A DNA stretch of 64,000 bases from Phoronis australis (taxonomy: Eukaryota > Animalia > Phoronida), in contig NMRA01000683.1 of NCBI GenBank assembly GCA_002633005.1, positions 1 through 64,000 of the forward strand, in the 5' to 3' direction. Shown piece by piece: positions 38,231 through 52,520 of this stretch; positions within the stretch are counted from its first letter, which is position 1, and each line of letters begins with the position of its first letter. The translations under genes and the position numbers were made by a program. The notes beneath the pieces were generated by a model. That model saw only the letters and a program-made list of their open reading frames with translations, was not told the origin of the DNA and searched no databases.

Positions 38231-41200
38231 TGACGCCCACACTTGGACTAGTGATATAATAAAACGGCCCACCCGTTCTGAACACAGCTGGTTAGACAAA
38301 ATTATCATCTAATGGAGTTAAAAAGGCAACATCCAGGCAACTTGAACACCGAGCCAGCACGTGATACAATTCCGAAAATCTTAGTAGAACATTCAGTGAA
38401 ACATATCTTCTGATTACGAGATAATTGTGGACACTTAGTCAAGCGAGATACAATGTAGGACGTCGGTGATGTTGGTATAAGTGTGTTTTTATGACAATGG
38501 CTTTCTGCTGTATCGCTGGAAGAGGAAAAAACGTTTTGAGGAAAATGAAATAAAATATGCAATGTCTTCAAGTAACAGAACACCAGGTATTTAGCGTCGC
38601 ATTATGCTAGGAACATTAGCTTCGAGGTTAATGGTGGACCTCAGTGGCGAATTTAGGGGGGGGGGGGAGCAAGGNTAAACAATAAACAACGCATATGCCC
38701 TGAATAAACCCCGTTTACATTTTTTTAGTCAACAGGTCCGCAAACCCAAGAATTCAAGAGCCCTGCATCCCCAGATTTTAGGCTGGGCGCGCGCATCTGC
38801 CGAAGTGCTGCTTATTCCTGTGCCCTGCCCCCCCCTAACTCAAAACACTCAATAGTTCCCTTGTACTACTGGAACGTGAAAGGTATACATATGTTGGGGG
38901 CGATTTAAATTAATGCGAGTAATACTCATCGCTCCATCGAAATATATTGTTTTCCCTGCAAACTTTTCTTTTGGAATAACCCTAGCTGTAATGCAAATGC
39001 ATTTTTGAGAAGCGCAAATGTTCTTACCAGCTTACGGCTTAGTTCGTACCTATCCATATGCATTGACTCTACGGTAAAGATTCTGATTATACGATCCAGT
39101 TTGGGAAAAGTTCATTTTAATAGGATCATTCTGTGAAGGTAGGGCGACGTTCCGAGGTACCTGGTATTTAGTGACTATGGCATTGTTGCAATATCCCTTG
39201 TTAGAACACGCATATTCCAGTTTGTGTGGCTGGGGGAAATGATAGACAGAGGGTGACCCAAAAATTTCACACTTCGACTGACGCCGGAAATTCAAATTCA
39301 GTTCCCGTGAATCACCGAGATTCTGCTCCAGACTTACCACATGGTTACACCATATTTTGAACGTCGGTGCGTCAGTCTTCACCGGAATGGCTCAGTTTTA
39401 AACAGCGAAATACTACTGGAAACTAAATCTTTCCTAGATGATGAGCAATGCGTTTAATTTTTAAGGGTTTAGAATTGTTTTTCGATCTACGGTGTGCGAA
39501 TTTAAACCACTAATCTTCATGGTCGGCGCACGACTGAAAAAAGTAGCCCAACCCCCTATCACTACTGCGTCACACATGGAGTCCAAAAAACGAAAACATA
39601 GAGTGACAGTTGTCGTGCCAGAATGAGTTTTGCATCCGCAGGATTGTCTTGAATTTGAAAATCAAGTGAATGCAAAAATTGCGCTATACAAATGTACTCG
39701 ATTCTATCGAAATCAAGTGCTGCAAGAAAAGAAGCCCCTAACAGCAATGTCCTGGCCAGGGCCCTCAAAGGATAAAAATCATGCAATGACAGTTGCCAAA
39801 TGTTCTCTTGAATTTTCTCAAAGTTCTTGTTTCGATGTCTTTCTTTTCTCGTCTGCCCTGGCCCTACGCCTACGTCGCATGCCAACCATGACACCTGCTT
39901 CCTAGGACCTGCTTTGTACATGTAGTTCAAACCTGCCAAGTACCTGACTTAGATCAACCTCACACCAAACGGCGTGTGGAGTATAAACCACTCAACTTAC
40001 GCAACACAACCAGATAACCACATGGCAGTCTATACAGGGAACTTAGAAACTGCAAATATCTGTAAATCAAGCTGATTAACCATGTACAGGATAATTACAT
40101 GTCACACACTCGTTTAATTGGGTACTATTCTTCCAGTTTAACATGTGGCTTTCTTAATTGTAACATGTTTACAGCATCCAGATACAACCTTCTGTCACAG
40201 CGCCATTCGCACGGCAAATTGTTACCCCTAATTGCATCTGAAGAAAGTGAACTACATGTAGAACTCTCAAATCTATTAGCCGATTTAAAACCGAACGCCG
40301 GATAATACCGACTGAAGCACAAACTGAAAGATTCCATACAATATCAGTATTAGCGAATACCAGCTCACCCCATGTGACCTCAGATAAACATGAGTTTCAT
40401 TCGCCAAGCACAATTTCAAATTTCAGTTACTCACCTCGCCAGGGTTCGAAGATGTGTGACTATTACATGTACCCATGTATGCTGACACAAAGGCAGCATT
40501 CAATCAAATACCAGGTGGCCGACCACGACTTAAGTTATTATTTATGACGTTACACAAAATCAAATGAAATTATGTTGTATAAAATATAGTAACATGGAGT
40601 TGTTTACAGCTCTCAGTGAAGGCGCCAGTTGGTTGGAAATGATGTCAATTCGACCAATCGCTAAAGATAGAATATGAATTCATGTTCGCGCTCAGAAAAA
40701 TAAAACCTATCCCCTACGTTCATTTGTATAACCGGTTGTGTATTCTGACTGTTTGACGGAAACTTGCATGACATCATATCAGTTATTCCTCGGGAATAAC
40801 CCCTCCCACCCACACAGTCCAACTATTGGCCAAGTGGAGAATTATTTTAGCGAATCCAATAAACCGTCAGACATGGAGGACAGGCGGCTGACAAGGACAT
40901 ATACACTGACGACCATGACAAAAAACAATAGACAAAACAATACACTACTCAACAATTACAACGAGTTATGACTTAAGTGGCACTTCCACAACTGCAGATG
41001 CGAATAATCGTAAGAAAATAATTGTAGTAAATGTGCAAACGGGTAACTGCCGTTACCGACTATTTTATAAATGAAAATTTCACTGCGTTCACTATCGTCA
41101 GATTTCTGTTTTGTCAGTGGTCTTGTGAAGCTTCTGTAGGAAGAACGATGGTATTTGGCTTCGCCAGTGCTACCAGGTCTTTTCCTTGTAATCTGATCAA

Positions 41201-41448
41201 AAGGTCCACGTCATTTCCTGCCTTGGCAGCATCCAAAAACAACCCACCTACAACCAAGCAAATTAAAAAAAAAAACATTGTCAGAGTTTAAAAATATGGA
41301 AAGCATTATAGGCCTGACCTATAAAACGATAGATGTTGACAATTCTTTATTACAATAACCGAATAGAAAGACAGAGAATGACCAAAAGACAGATAGAAAA
41401 GACATGCATATACAAGGCCTAGACGGCTGTGCTCAAAAGTGAAAAAGA

Positions 41449-43167
41449 TACCCATGGGCTTGTATGCAAAATGGTCTTGAAAACAAATTTTTGTTTGAAA
41501 ATTAACGTACAATTTCATATATGCACACAAGTCTTTACAACCAGGCAAGTATTCCAAATTGTACTTTCCCTCAAATAAATGTTGTTATTTGAAGATAGTG
41601 TTCCAACAACACTGCACAAAATTGATTTGTAAGCAAACCATCAACAAATTATGTTGAATGAGTAGAAACTCAATAAAAAATGACTGTTCTCAATATATTT
41701 GCTACGTACTTCATTATTCTTCGACCATATGTGTGAAGCTGCACCTACATTTGAAATTGAGACACCTATGCACCTCTTAGCAAAACCTGTGAGTAAAAGT
41801 AGCTTGAGAATGTAAAGGTGGTGCTCCAGATATAGGTGCATTCTGTAGTCAATAATTACATTGATGGGCAATCACCTGGGGCCAGGGTGCAATCTCCAAA
41901 CTCGGACTCAATGCTTAACCATCTACACTGCACAATTCATTAAGTGAATTTACTCGAATTGTGGCATGCAAGTGGTCAATTTTCGAGCTGAGCTTCGAGT
42001 ATGGAAATTACCTCTCCCCCCACCCCTGGACATTACAAAAAGTATAACTTTGATGGACATCTTACACCATGCCCAGATTTACGGCTACTGAGAAAAAAAA
42101 ACAGTGTACACAGAAGAAAATGTTCATCATTGGATTATGTGTCCTATCTGCATCACACGGGCCTATTATTCAATGAATTACCTGGGTGCTCGATTCAAAC
42201 ACAAGCAGGCAAGACACCGAGTCCAAAGGACTCAGTATTTTTTACCAGTTGTGCATATGAGGGCTTTCCAGTCAGTTCCTACCTAAGCCAACTCGCACCT
42301 AAATTAAACTCGTACCCATGCTAAAACATAACTAATACATTTTCATTTTCACTCATTAAAAAGGTGAATATCGAACCGTTTTGCATAAAAACGGTATGAT
42401 TGATTGATTTTAAATTTAATCACTGCTTTGCCAAATTAAATAGTTTTGAAATACATTTGAAATTTGACTTGGGTACGAGTTGACTTGGGTTTGAAGTGAC
42501 CTGTTTCCCATTGAGGCACTGACTACACTGTCACTTACTCAGTGACTTGCGTCAATTTATTATACTCTCAGAAAAAATGTTACATTCACCATCATCTTGG
42601 TCGTAATCAGGGGGTTCTGTTCTCGGCATACTTCGTAGTTTCGCAATCTTTCCTCTTTGCTCTGTCAATCTTTGTAACGTCAGTAAGCTTACAGTGTATA
42701 ATATAACACTATTTGTACTGCCTGGAGCCCACGCCAATCCCGTGAAGTTACTTGATGCAAATGCCAACTGGTGACACACTTTGTGCTCATTTATGTCTTC
42801 ATCTCCAGGGGAAAGTCATTCTTACACACAGCCAATGGTTTTTGCCAGCGAAACTCAACAGATCAGATGACTCTTAAGGGGGCCGCCATGTTAGATTAGG
42901 TCTGCAGTTACTTTATTTCTGAGCTTGTGATTGCCTTAAGACGACATCTTGTGTTACTCTTTTATTGGATTTAGCACTACCTCTTGTTCAATAATGTAAC
43001 ATTTGGACTCACAAAAACTGTTTTTCTACAAAAGTTGTGCAACTTAAAACGTTGAAACTTTTCAGATATCAATTGCTTAATGGTATATCTATTCATACAA
43101 GAAAAATCAAGTTGCCCTCCTTACATGATCACAGGATGAAACTACTGGAGCTACGGCCCATGGCCTA
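41449..43167. mobile_element. Second, more diverged Academ-like element containing a MULE-like MITE (about 42262-42508)
   Basis: The right end gaaaaatcaagttgccc...cacaggatgaa...ggcccatggccta resembles 38160-38230; the left end is ta-cccatgggc...aaaatggtcttg. The inner MITE has aactcgtaccca / tgggtacgagtt inverted repeats. Confidence 0.4.
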
Positions 43168-45004
43168 TTTCGTGCGTCTTTCGCAGTTGTGCCTGTCCTC
43201 TCCAACCGCAGTTTGAACTCCACATTGAACGATAAGGTTTGCACGGGGTTGCATTGCAAGATACAAAATTGGCTTTATAAAATTACAAATTTCGTTTATG
43301 GAAACTTGCCTCATATTCTTTATAACCAGAAGAAAAAACAAACAAAATTTTGCGGGGTGTTGAATAAGCATCACTCAACAAATTGACTTGCGAGTATGCA
43401 AGTGTTGAGTATTATTCATTTTAAGTTCTTAATTACTTAAGTGATCGATGGCGCACCATTAAATCTCCTGACAAATGAAGTTTCTGCTTGTTGAAGAGTG
43501 TAAATACTGAAAGATTGATTTAACCCAAGGGACTGTGGATTTTACGCGAGCTGAGATGGCCTATCCCTCTCAAGAACAAAAATTTGATGTGTCACGGTAT
43601 ACCGGAAACAGTCATCACCATCCCCTGAAGGGCTTGTTTGAATAAGCATATCGTGATATCAACATATAGAAAACATGTCCATTGATTAAACGCCGGGAAA
43701 ACGCACCAGTATTAAAATCCTTTGGGAATCGTTGAGTGAACCGACAGATTTTGTGTCAAGTATACTTACTGTGCTTATCTCAATATTTATCGCAATCTGA
43801 TTGGACTAATGAATTATTGAACTTAAAATGTACGACTCATGTGACATTTAAAGAAACGCAGTATTTTTGCGCGTTAATGTGCCGAGAGCATTAAACACGG
43901 TAAGAATGTCATTTCGACACGCTGCAAGGAGGTTGACTCACATCGTATCAGCCACAAAAGTAGAAGATTCACCCTTACCTGCGAAAAAACAGACCTCTTG
44001 TGATTCTTCACTGCAGTGTATACAGCTGAATGAGAAGGTGATGGGGGACTTGTACGAGGTAATTATTGCGGGCCACCAAGCCGTGTAATCCTTATAGCGG
44101 AGAATGTTTTCATGAGAATAACGCAACAATATCCGTAGATGTTTGAAATGGGTCGTTTCTGTAAAATTATTTATTGTGCATTCAACAGAAGACGCGACTG
44201 AACAGTGTTTGTTTTCCACGTACAGTGTAGGTTTACTCTCTTGGTCCCTTAGTTTTGTTTCGTATTGTACAAAGCCCGGAGGCCTAGTTTACATGTACGT
44301 GGGACATTTGAAAAAACAATACAGAATCTATTTGTTTATTCAATATTTGAGGATAACGGTTATATGTAAATTAAATGTGGCAGTTTGCTAGAAAAGAGCG
44401 GTACTAAAGGCGACCAGCGTGATATATAGGTAATACTTACCGCCTACTTAGATGTTATAAAAACAATGTTGGAGCGGAATCGAACCTGCAACTCCCGCGG
44501 TCGCAATCAATGTTAGAAATCGCAAATCGGTGGACTGTACGACAAAGTTATAATTATTCCGTCGCTTTGCCGATTTTATAATCCCAGGATGTCGGCAGAT
44601 CGTTAACCAGGCAATGTTTCTTGGAATACATGTACGTCAGCAAATGCCGGGGGACGTCAGTCCGTCTGTGGGTCGACATTAACGGTCATCGCTCAACGTT
44701 TAGCCGATGACCTGCAGATTCATCGACGTCAGAATAGCATCATCTTTACACCTCTTTAATGCGATCGAAGCTCCCGACCCGACAAAAAATCGCAAGAAAT
44801 AAATCGCTTTTTGTCGGTGAACAGTCTTGAAGTTTTAAACGTACGCACGCCGGTATTTTGTTGCGTTAACGGACCCTAGAGCACATCAAAAAAGTGTCAC
44901 AACGCGTGCACCATGTTCAATAAAAATAAATGTCTGTAGTTACTTTCTGTCTGACATAACCGGTGCATTGTCAGATCGTGTGCGTGCGCTGTTGGCGGAG
45001 CTGA

Positions 45005-47693
45005 GCACCACTTGATATGTGGTAGAGCATTTTAAAAGTTAAAGCTCGTACTAGTTGGTACCCGGGCAAAGCTACGGCTACCAAAGACGGGTAAAAGTTG
45101 CAATTCTACCCGTTTAAATGGGTAAGAAACAAATAACACGAGTTACGAGTTTTTCAAATCGGTCTCAAAACTTTCTTTACATTGATAGAAGGGGCTTTCT
45201 TCTGCAAAGAAGAACTAACATCAACCCAACAGGTCTAAAAGCGCATCGGAAAACCTTCAATTTTATCGAGTACGGCCAATCCTAAATCCGAAAATGGCGC
45301 AGATTTCAAAATAAGATGAAAAATTGATATCAACTAACAAGATTGTTTTGCAGTTTTGGTTATGATACGCCGTAAAATGTAACAATTCGACATTGTTGCG
45401 TTTATGTTGCTAAACCTCTCCTAAAATGTATTGAGTTGTTGCATTTTATGTAATTGTTACATTTTACCGCGAATACGCATGTGAGAAAAGTACCATAGTT
45501 GCATACTACAAAACCAACGTCATATCACAAAGTGCAGAAAAGGACCAAAATCACGAATAAGTGCTGTCTCACATGGCTGGGATACTCGAGTATTTGAGAA
45601 CGAGGGGTGCCACCCGAAAATGTGCTTACCTACCCATTTAAATAGTGGGCTTGGATAAAAAAATACCAATTAAGAGATTTTTTGTGTTAAAATTCACATT
45701 TTCCTATAACTTCTTTCTATTACACAGGCCAAAATAAAGAAATTATAAATCGGAAGTGACGGCAGAAATCAACACTTCATTGAAGGCGTCAGTACCGTGT
45801 CTTGTTTTGTTTTCATAACGCCTTATTGATAACTTAATGTGCTCCTTCCAATCATTATTTAGATTCCACTTGACAGTGACGTTTATTTCACCGATTTGAT
45901 GTGTGGAAAAGCGAACAAGGGACACCTGTTTTCCTCTTGACATAAATCACAATTACATGTACCTCTGATATGGCTAAATACAGTTTCTCGTGTCCTCACT
46001 GGAAAGAGCCGTGAACGGTTTTATTGGTAGCTGTCGTAAGCTGCTCGCATCTTAGATTGTCTTTGGGAGCTTTGACTTTTTAGTGAAATGGATATTTTCT
46101 AACTATCATACAAATATACCGTAACAGCGATCTGTATGTACATGTATTGCATCCGACTGTTTTAAGAAACGGCAGCCCACGGTTTATGACTCAGTTAGCC
46201 TTCATGTAATAACCCAGTGACAACATGAATTAACCTGATGTACTATTTGTGCCTCTTCTACTATCTTGTGATGGTCAAACAAGGCGGCTTTACGCAGCGG
46301 TTTCGCACATGGTGCGGTTGAAGTTGACACATAGTCTTGGTCAACTCCCTCTCANGCACCACTTGATATGTGGTAGAGCATTTTAAAAGTTAAAGCTCGT
46401 ACTAGTTGGTACCCGGGCAAAGCTACTGTACGGCTACCACAGACGGGTAAAAGTTGCAATTCGACCTGTTTAAATGGGTAAGAAACAAATAACACGAGTT
46501 ACGAATTTTTCAAATCGGTCTCAAAACTTTCTTTACATTGATAGAAGGGGCTTTCTTCTGCAAAGAAGAACTAACATCAACACATCAGGTCTAAAAGCGC
46601 ATCGGAAAACCTTCAATTTTATCGACTACGGCCAATCCTAATTCCGAAAAAATCGCAGACTTCAAAATAAGATGAAAAATTGATATCAAGATTGTTTTGC
46701 AGTTTTGGTTATGATACGCCGTAAAATGTAACAATTCGACATTGTTGCGTTTACGTTGCTAAACCTCCCCTAAAATGTATTGAGTTGTTGCAGTTTATGT
46801 AATTGTTACATTTTACCACGAATACGCATGTGAGAAAAGTACCATAGTTGCATATTATAAAACCAACGTCATATCACAAAGTGCAGAAAATGACCAAAAT
46901 CACGAATAAGTGCTGTCTCACATGGCTGGGATACTCGAGTATTTGAGAACGAGGGGTGCCACCCGAAAATGTGCTTACCTACCCATTTAAAGAGTGGGCT
47001 TGGATAAAAAAATACCAATTAAGATATTTTTTTGTGTTAAAATTCACATTTTCCTATAAGTTCTTTCTATTACACAGGCCAAAGAAATTATAAATCGGAA
47101 GTGACGGCAGAAATCAACACTTCATTGAAGGCGTCAGTACCGCGTCTTGTTTTGTTTTCATAACGCCTTATTGATAACTTAATGTGCTCCTTCCAATCAT
47201 TATTTAGTTTCCACTTGACAGTGACGTTTATTTCACCGATTTGATGTGTGGAAAAGCGAACAAGGGACACCTGTTTTCCTCTTGACATAAATCACAATTA
47301 CCTCTGATATGGCTAAATACAGTTCCTCGTGTCCTCACTGGAAAGAACCGTGAACGGTTTTATTGGTAGCTGTCGTAAGCTGCTCGCATCTTAGATTGTC
47401 TTTGGGAGCTTTGACTTTTTAGTGAAATGGATATTTTCTAACTATCATACAAATATACCGTAACAGCGATCTGTATGTACATGTATTGCATCCGACTGTT
47501 TTAAGAAACGGCAGCCCACGGTTTATGACTCAGTTAGCCTTCATGTAATAACCAAGTGACAACATAAATTAACCTGATGTACTATTTGTGCCTCTTCTAC
47601 TATCTTGTGATGGTCAAACAAGGCGGCTTTGCGCAGCGGTTTCGCACATGGTGCGGTTGAAGTTGACACATAGTCTTGGTCAACTCCCTCTCA
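45005..47693. repeat. About 1.35-kb tandem duplicate across a single N (46355), probably an allelic overlap
   Basis: 45005-46354 vs 46356-47693, with SNPs and small indels. Confidence 0.85.
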
Positions 47694-47885
47694 ACCTGAG
47701 CGCAAGCTAGATGCACTGGAAGACTTGTCGCCCTGTTGAACGTCAACGTGTGAACCCGGCTCGATGCTGATTCGTATATATATTGCCTGAAATATTGTTG
47801 GAATAGACTTTACAGCCGTTTCCTTTTCATTTCTTTAGTGAAATTAAACATTACCTAAATTCATCACTCAGTGATACCCGCAGGC

Positions 47886-48340
47886 TGACACACCGTAAAA
47901 TGTAACAATTTCGTAAGATGTAACAATTATTACATTTTACGTTGCTAAACCTCTCCTAAAATGTAAAAAAATAGTTAAATTTTACGTAATTATATCATTT
48001 TATGTGATATGCTCAAGCGAGAAATGTATCATCGCTACATTTTACGAAACCTACGTCATGTCACAAAATAAATGTCCAGCATTACGAAAAAGTAGAATCT
48101 GACACGGCCAGAAAATGTGGATACTTAACCATTCAGAAAGTGATCTAGGACAAACATTGGCCCATTTAAAGATTAATTTTGTGTAAAAATTTACACTTTT
48201 ACACATTTCTGTTCTAGAAATTCAGAAAAGGCACCCTTTTAGAATTTGTCAAAATGGCATCATTTTAAATACTATTTCTGTTATGAAATACACCCTTTTG
48301 GGCGGCACTTTTTGTATACCTCTTGTATTAGAATGCCCTC
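47886..48340 (+). repeat. Dispersed repeat family rich in aaaatgtaacaa motifs
   Basis: Copies at about 45362-45740, 46711-47090, 47886-48340 and 50523-50700, plus an inverted copy at 53090-53355 + 56162-56320. Confidence 0.65.
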
Positions 48341-48366
48341 CAGGGTAACACGGACTTGACTAACCG

Positions 48367-49295
48367 TTATTGTTACTCTGCGCGTGTAAGCGCAGAGTAC
48401 TGTTGTTCCTGGGTTTTCTTCAATTTTATTCTTATTGTTATTACTCTGCGCGTGCAAGCGCAGAGTACTATTGTTCCTGAGTTTTCTTCAATTTTATTCT
48501 TATTCTTATTCTTGGTTTTCTTCAATTTTATTCTTCTTATTCTTATTGTTATTTTTATTCTTATTCTTATTCTTCTTCCGACCAACTTTGACGCTTAATA
48601 ACTCCAAATGATTGCAGGTATGTTCTTCAAATTTAAAATATGATGTTAGGCAGTATATAAATTTCTATTCATTATATGTTCATATTCCATAATGCACCGG
48701 AAGAGGTCGTTTGGTGCAAAGGTCATATAATTTTCAAAATGCTACTCCTCCTTCAGTTTTAAAGCTATCTTTTTCAAATCCGGTACACAGGTATAAGTCA
48801 ACATGCCAATTGAATGACCTACTTTACTTCGCAATAGGACTAACCAATAAAAAAATAGGTCAAAGGTCATTGAGTGCAAACTAAAATTTTAAGCTAGAGA
48901 CTTCAGAATTTTGTAACTGTTTACTAAGTGCGATCAACTTTGAATTCTAAATTTTCAGGTCATTTGGTGCACCCATGGGGTCATTAGGTGCATTTTTCTT
49001 CTGAAAATTTGACCAGTTCATTCATCTTGTATTCTGAATTGCTTAAAGTAAAACATCTGTGATTATCAGCATTAACCACACTTTTAATCGAGTTAACAAT
49101 TACTCATAATGCACTGGAAGAGGTCAATTAGTGGAAAGGTCATCAAAAAAATAATATGTAATTTCTCCTACCATTTTAAAGAATTCCTTTTCATATTGGT
49201 AAACGGGTTGCTGTCAGTAACTTCCCATAATAATTCCAGTAATACGCACGCGCAGAGTCCGTTATTGTCACGCCGTGACAATAATCTTTCTAGTT
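48367..49295 (+). mobile_element. Complete Helentron-associated HINE/DINE-1-like element with a duplicated 5' end
   Basis: 5' subTIR/hairpin actctgcgcgtg(t/c)aagcgcagagt at 48375 and 48443; (ttattc)n microsatellite; caaaggtca repeats; 3' subTIR cacgcgcagagt (49247-58); hairpin ttattgtcac-gcc-gtgacaataa (49262-84); ctagtt end. Confidence 0.8.
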
Positions 49296-51095
49296 ACTGT
49301 TGTCATTGTTATTTTTGCTTTTGTTGTTGTTGTTAATATTGTTGAATTTATTTGATGAGGACTTGGTGCAATATACACAATTCATGATTACCAAAGTGCT
49401 AATGCATCATGGTCCACAAAGATTTTAAAATCATCTCATGCATGGTTCAATGTTTTCACCAGGCTTCCCAAAATCGACAGCGAGTGCTGTTACAAACGTC
49501 TTTATAGCTGTGGATGTAGAGTAGGCCTACGAGGAGGTTAAGATTTTAAATCTTGTTTAAATTTGTGCCAACTTTAAAATTGGTTATTTCTCTACTATCG
49601 GCAATCACAGTATTGTTTGTGATATACCTAATAAGAATGAAACGGTTGATTTTTCTATTATATTGGCTTTCAAAATTGAATTCGTCGTGAAAACAAATTG
49701 CTGTGGACGTTGTGGAGAATACGGCTCCAGTAATGTGGGGATAAGTCTTGGTAGTATAGTTGGGTTACCCTGTTCTTGGTTGAACGGTAGATAGTTGGCT
49801 AGGAAGGTAGCAACAGCAAGTCGATGGAGAGCAGCATAAAATCAACAGGGGGCTGCCACATTGAAGAAAACGTCTTCTACAACCGAGGAAGTGACCTTTT
49901 TCCAATTCCCATCATTATGTTCCCAAATACAAACAAACCAATTTCTTTGAGCTTACATGTAAAGCCTCGACACTAACCCCAAATCTAATCTACTCCTAGA
50001 ATTTAGTTTTTGGCACTCCAACTTGGCTGCGGCTGCAGCCTAGTCGCAACTAAATTATTCAGAGCCATCACAACTACAACACCAATGTCACTCTCAGTCA
50101 AGTTCTGTCCAGACCGAAAAAAGCGATAAGAGAGGTGAAAGGACATACTAACTCGTGGCACAATTGATCCCTTTGCGGACAGCTCATTTGTTTTGGTGAA
50201 AACGCAAACAAAATGGTAGCACGCAGACCTGCGCAAAAACGCCGACACGCATCCCGACGCCAAGTTTAGAGCGACATCAGTGTGACTCGGGAACATCCTA
50301 CGTTTGAGACTTACCAGACAGACTGCGGGCGCGTAACCTCCATGCCAGGACACAGGGTTGGAAAAAACTATTTTGAGAACATTTGAAACTGCAAAAATAA
50401 CACAGGTGCAGTTTCGTGTCGACTGTCGAAGCAATCTTACCATGGGACAAAGATCAATAGGGCTACACGGAGTTTCGGCACGATCGCCACGACTGCTTCG
50501 GTGCCTCGATACGCCACGCAATGATACAAGTTCGTAAAATGTAACAACTGTTACATTTTAAGTCATTGTGACATTTTACGTTGCTAGGTCTCCCCTAAAA
50601 TGTAACAAGTTCTTACGTTTTACATAATTGTTACAATTTACGCCGAATGCACACGTGAGAAATGTACCACTGTTACAGTACAGTTTACGAAAGTGACGTC
50701 ATATTTCATGAGTTTGCATGGTATTTGCCACACGGAGAAAAGCAGTTCACTCACTTAAAGCCTTGTTTCTCGGACTTTTTAAATGAAGTTCTATCAAATG
50801 CGCCAGCTCGAATTTATAGGTGTGTCCTTATGTGTTTTCCAATGTTTTTAACATGAGTAGTTTCTTGGCATAGTTAAAAAATTGTACCCCGTACAGTTTC
50901 AACTCCAGACGAAAGGAGTTTTCAGGATCAGGTAACAAGTTTTTGTTCTTGCAATCTTTTGTTGGCACTCACAGGTCATAAACCAATTGTGTATCCGGTA
51001 TTACAGAAACACACTTCCCTTGGTAAGCACAACAGAAAAAAGGACATCGTATTTTGGCTAATGTTTACCGTATTTCTTCAGATACAAACGACAAT

Positions 51096-52520
51096 AGACC
51101 CAATTCACGCGGCGGACATTAAAATCCAAAGCGAGGCTCACTGCGATAAACAAAGCGGAAATTTACATTGCGTGAGTTAAATGGCCGGTCTTTGGAGTCC
51201 AACCTGAATATTAAATCTTAAAGAAATGTGTTAATAGTTAACCACAGAGACGTAGAAAAATACAGTTAAAGAACAAGTCAATGCACCAAAGAGATGTCTG
51301 ACGAAAGGATATAAGTTTTTTACGGGAAAGTAGGTTCGAAACATAAAAAGTAAACATGACCAAATTGCGGCTATCGTAGTGTTACGGATTAGGTATCATG
51401 CTGAATGCAGGGTTACCTTTCTTCTAATAAATTCTTGATGAAAATGCTTTCTACACGAACAGGGTCATCTGGTCGTATGGTTGACGAGTGGAAGATATAT
51501 TCGACAGTGGTGGCTCAAAGCATTTTGCTGTCATGTGCAATTAGTTACATCTGGTTTAATTTGCTGATCAAGAGTAGGCCTATTAGCTTCAAGCATAGCC
51601 TAGGTAGGCACTACCGGGACTAACAGTTGATTTGTCATTGATCTGAAATAATACTTGATGTTATTAAATATATATTTTGATTACGATAAAAAACCAGCCT
51701 CGCAATTGAAAATAAAAATTATATGACCATCATTTCTGCTTTCTCGGTTTTAACAATTACGTCTATTTCATGTGAACATATATTTTTTAAATATCAGTCT
51801 CGACCAAGTTGAATTTTAAAATTAAAACACCTAATTCTTTGTCCAAAGCATAATAATTTTTTAGTTTTCATAAGTGATCTATTGCTCAAAAAGTATTTAT
51901 AAGAAGTGTACAGGTGAGACATTTCACCATTTTAAATGGGATATTGTGATTTCTAATACAAAAATACATCTGAACTTGACAATTTGACCGCCATTTTGTT
52001 TATGCTAATTAGATGGTCAAAAACGCAAAATTCGACTTGAGAACAGGGTTAGTTGAATTCGCCATGCCTTGATTGTGTGAGAAAGTCTTGTTCCCAACTT
52101 TTACTAAAAAATGCTTCTAGAACCTTATACAGGGCTCTTTTCAGGAAATGCCTCTAGGCTATAACCTCGTTTTAGAGCTCAATTTCAGTTAACAGGACAG
52201 AACACAGTGGCGGACTTAGAGGGGAGCCAAGGGGGCCATGCCCCCCTAAAATTCTCCCAGATTCCATTTGGCAGTTCAGGAGTATGAATATCTGACGGGC
52301 AAAATCCTGGCTAATACTCTGCCTTGGCCCCCTCCCCTAACTCAAAGTCCTGGATCTCCCTAGTTATCATGTTTCTTCAGAGGCCTCGTTCATATCCGAG
52401 AGGAAAGTTGCCTGTGCGGCCTTCTGAGAGGGAAACGAATGACGGGTCAGTGAAAAATCTACTGACCGCCCGATCACCATCAATAGCACTCCGCCCTGTT
52501 GCAAGCTCTCATAGCTCTGT
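51096..52520. mobile_element. Inverted paralog of 19323-20784 carrying two secondary insertions
   Basis: The reverse complement matches about 19885-20784. Extra segments lie at about 51860-52160 and 52205-52360. Confidence 0.75.

Noticed and set aside
44466-44510. tRNA on the minus strand (GGTTCGATTCC B-box)
   Set aside because: No A-box, D-arm or acceptor stem was found; at most a SINE remnant.
45005-47693. Duplicated 66-aa ORFs (45743-45943, 47088-47288) as a gene pair
   Set aside because: They are products of the N-joined duplicate, with no recognisable domain.
50003-50521. 172-aa minus-strand ORF
   Set aside because: No recognisable domain or splice structure, and it lies between repeats.
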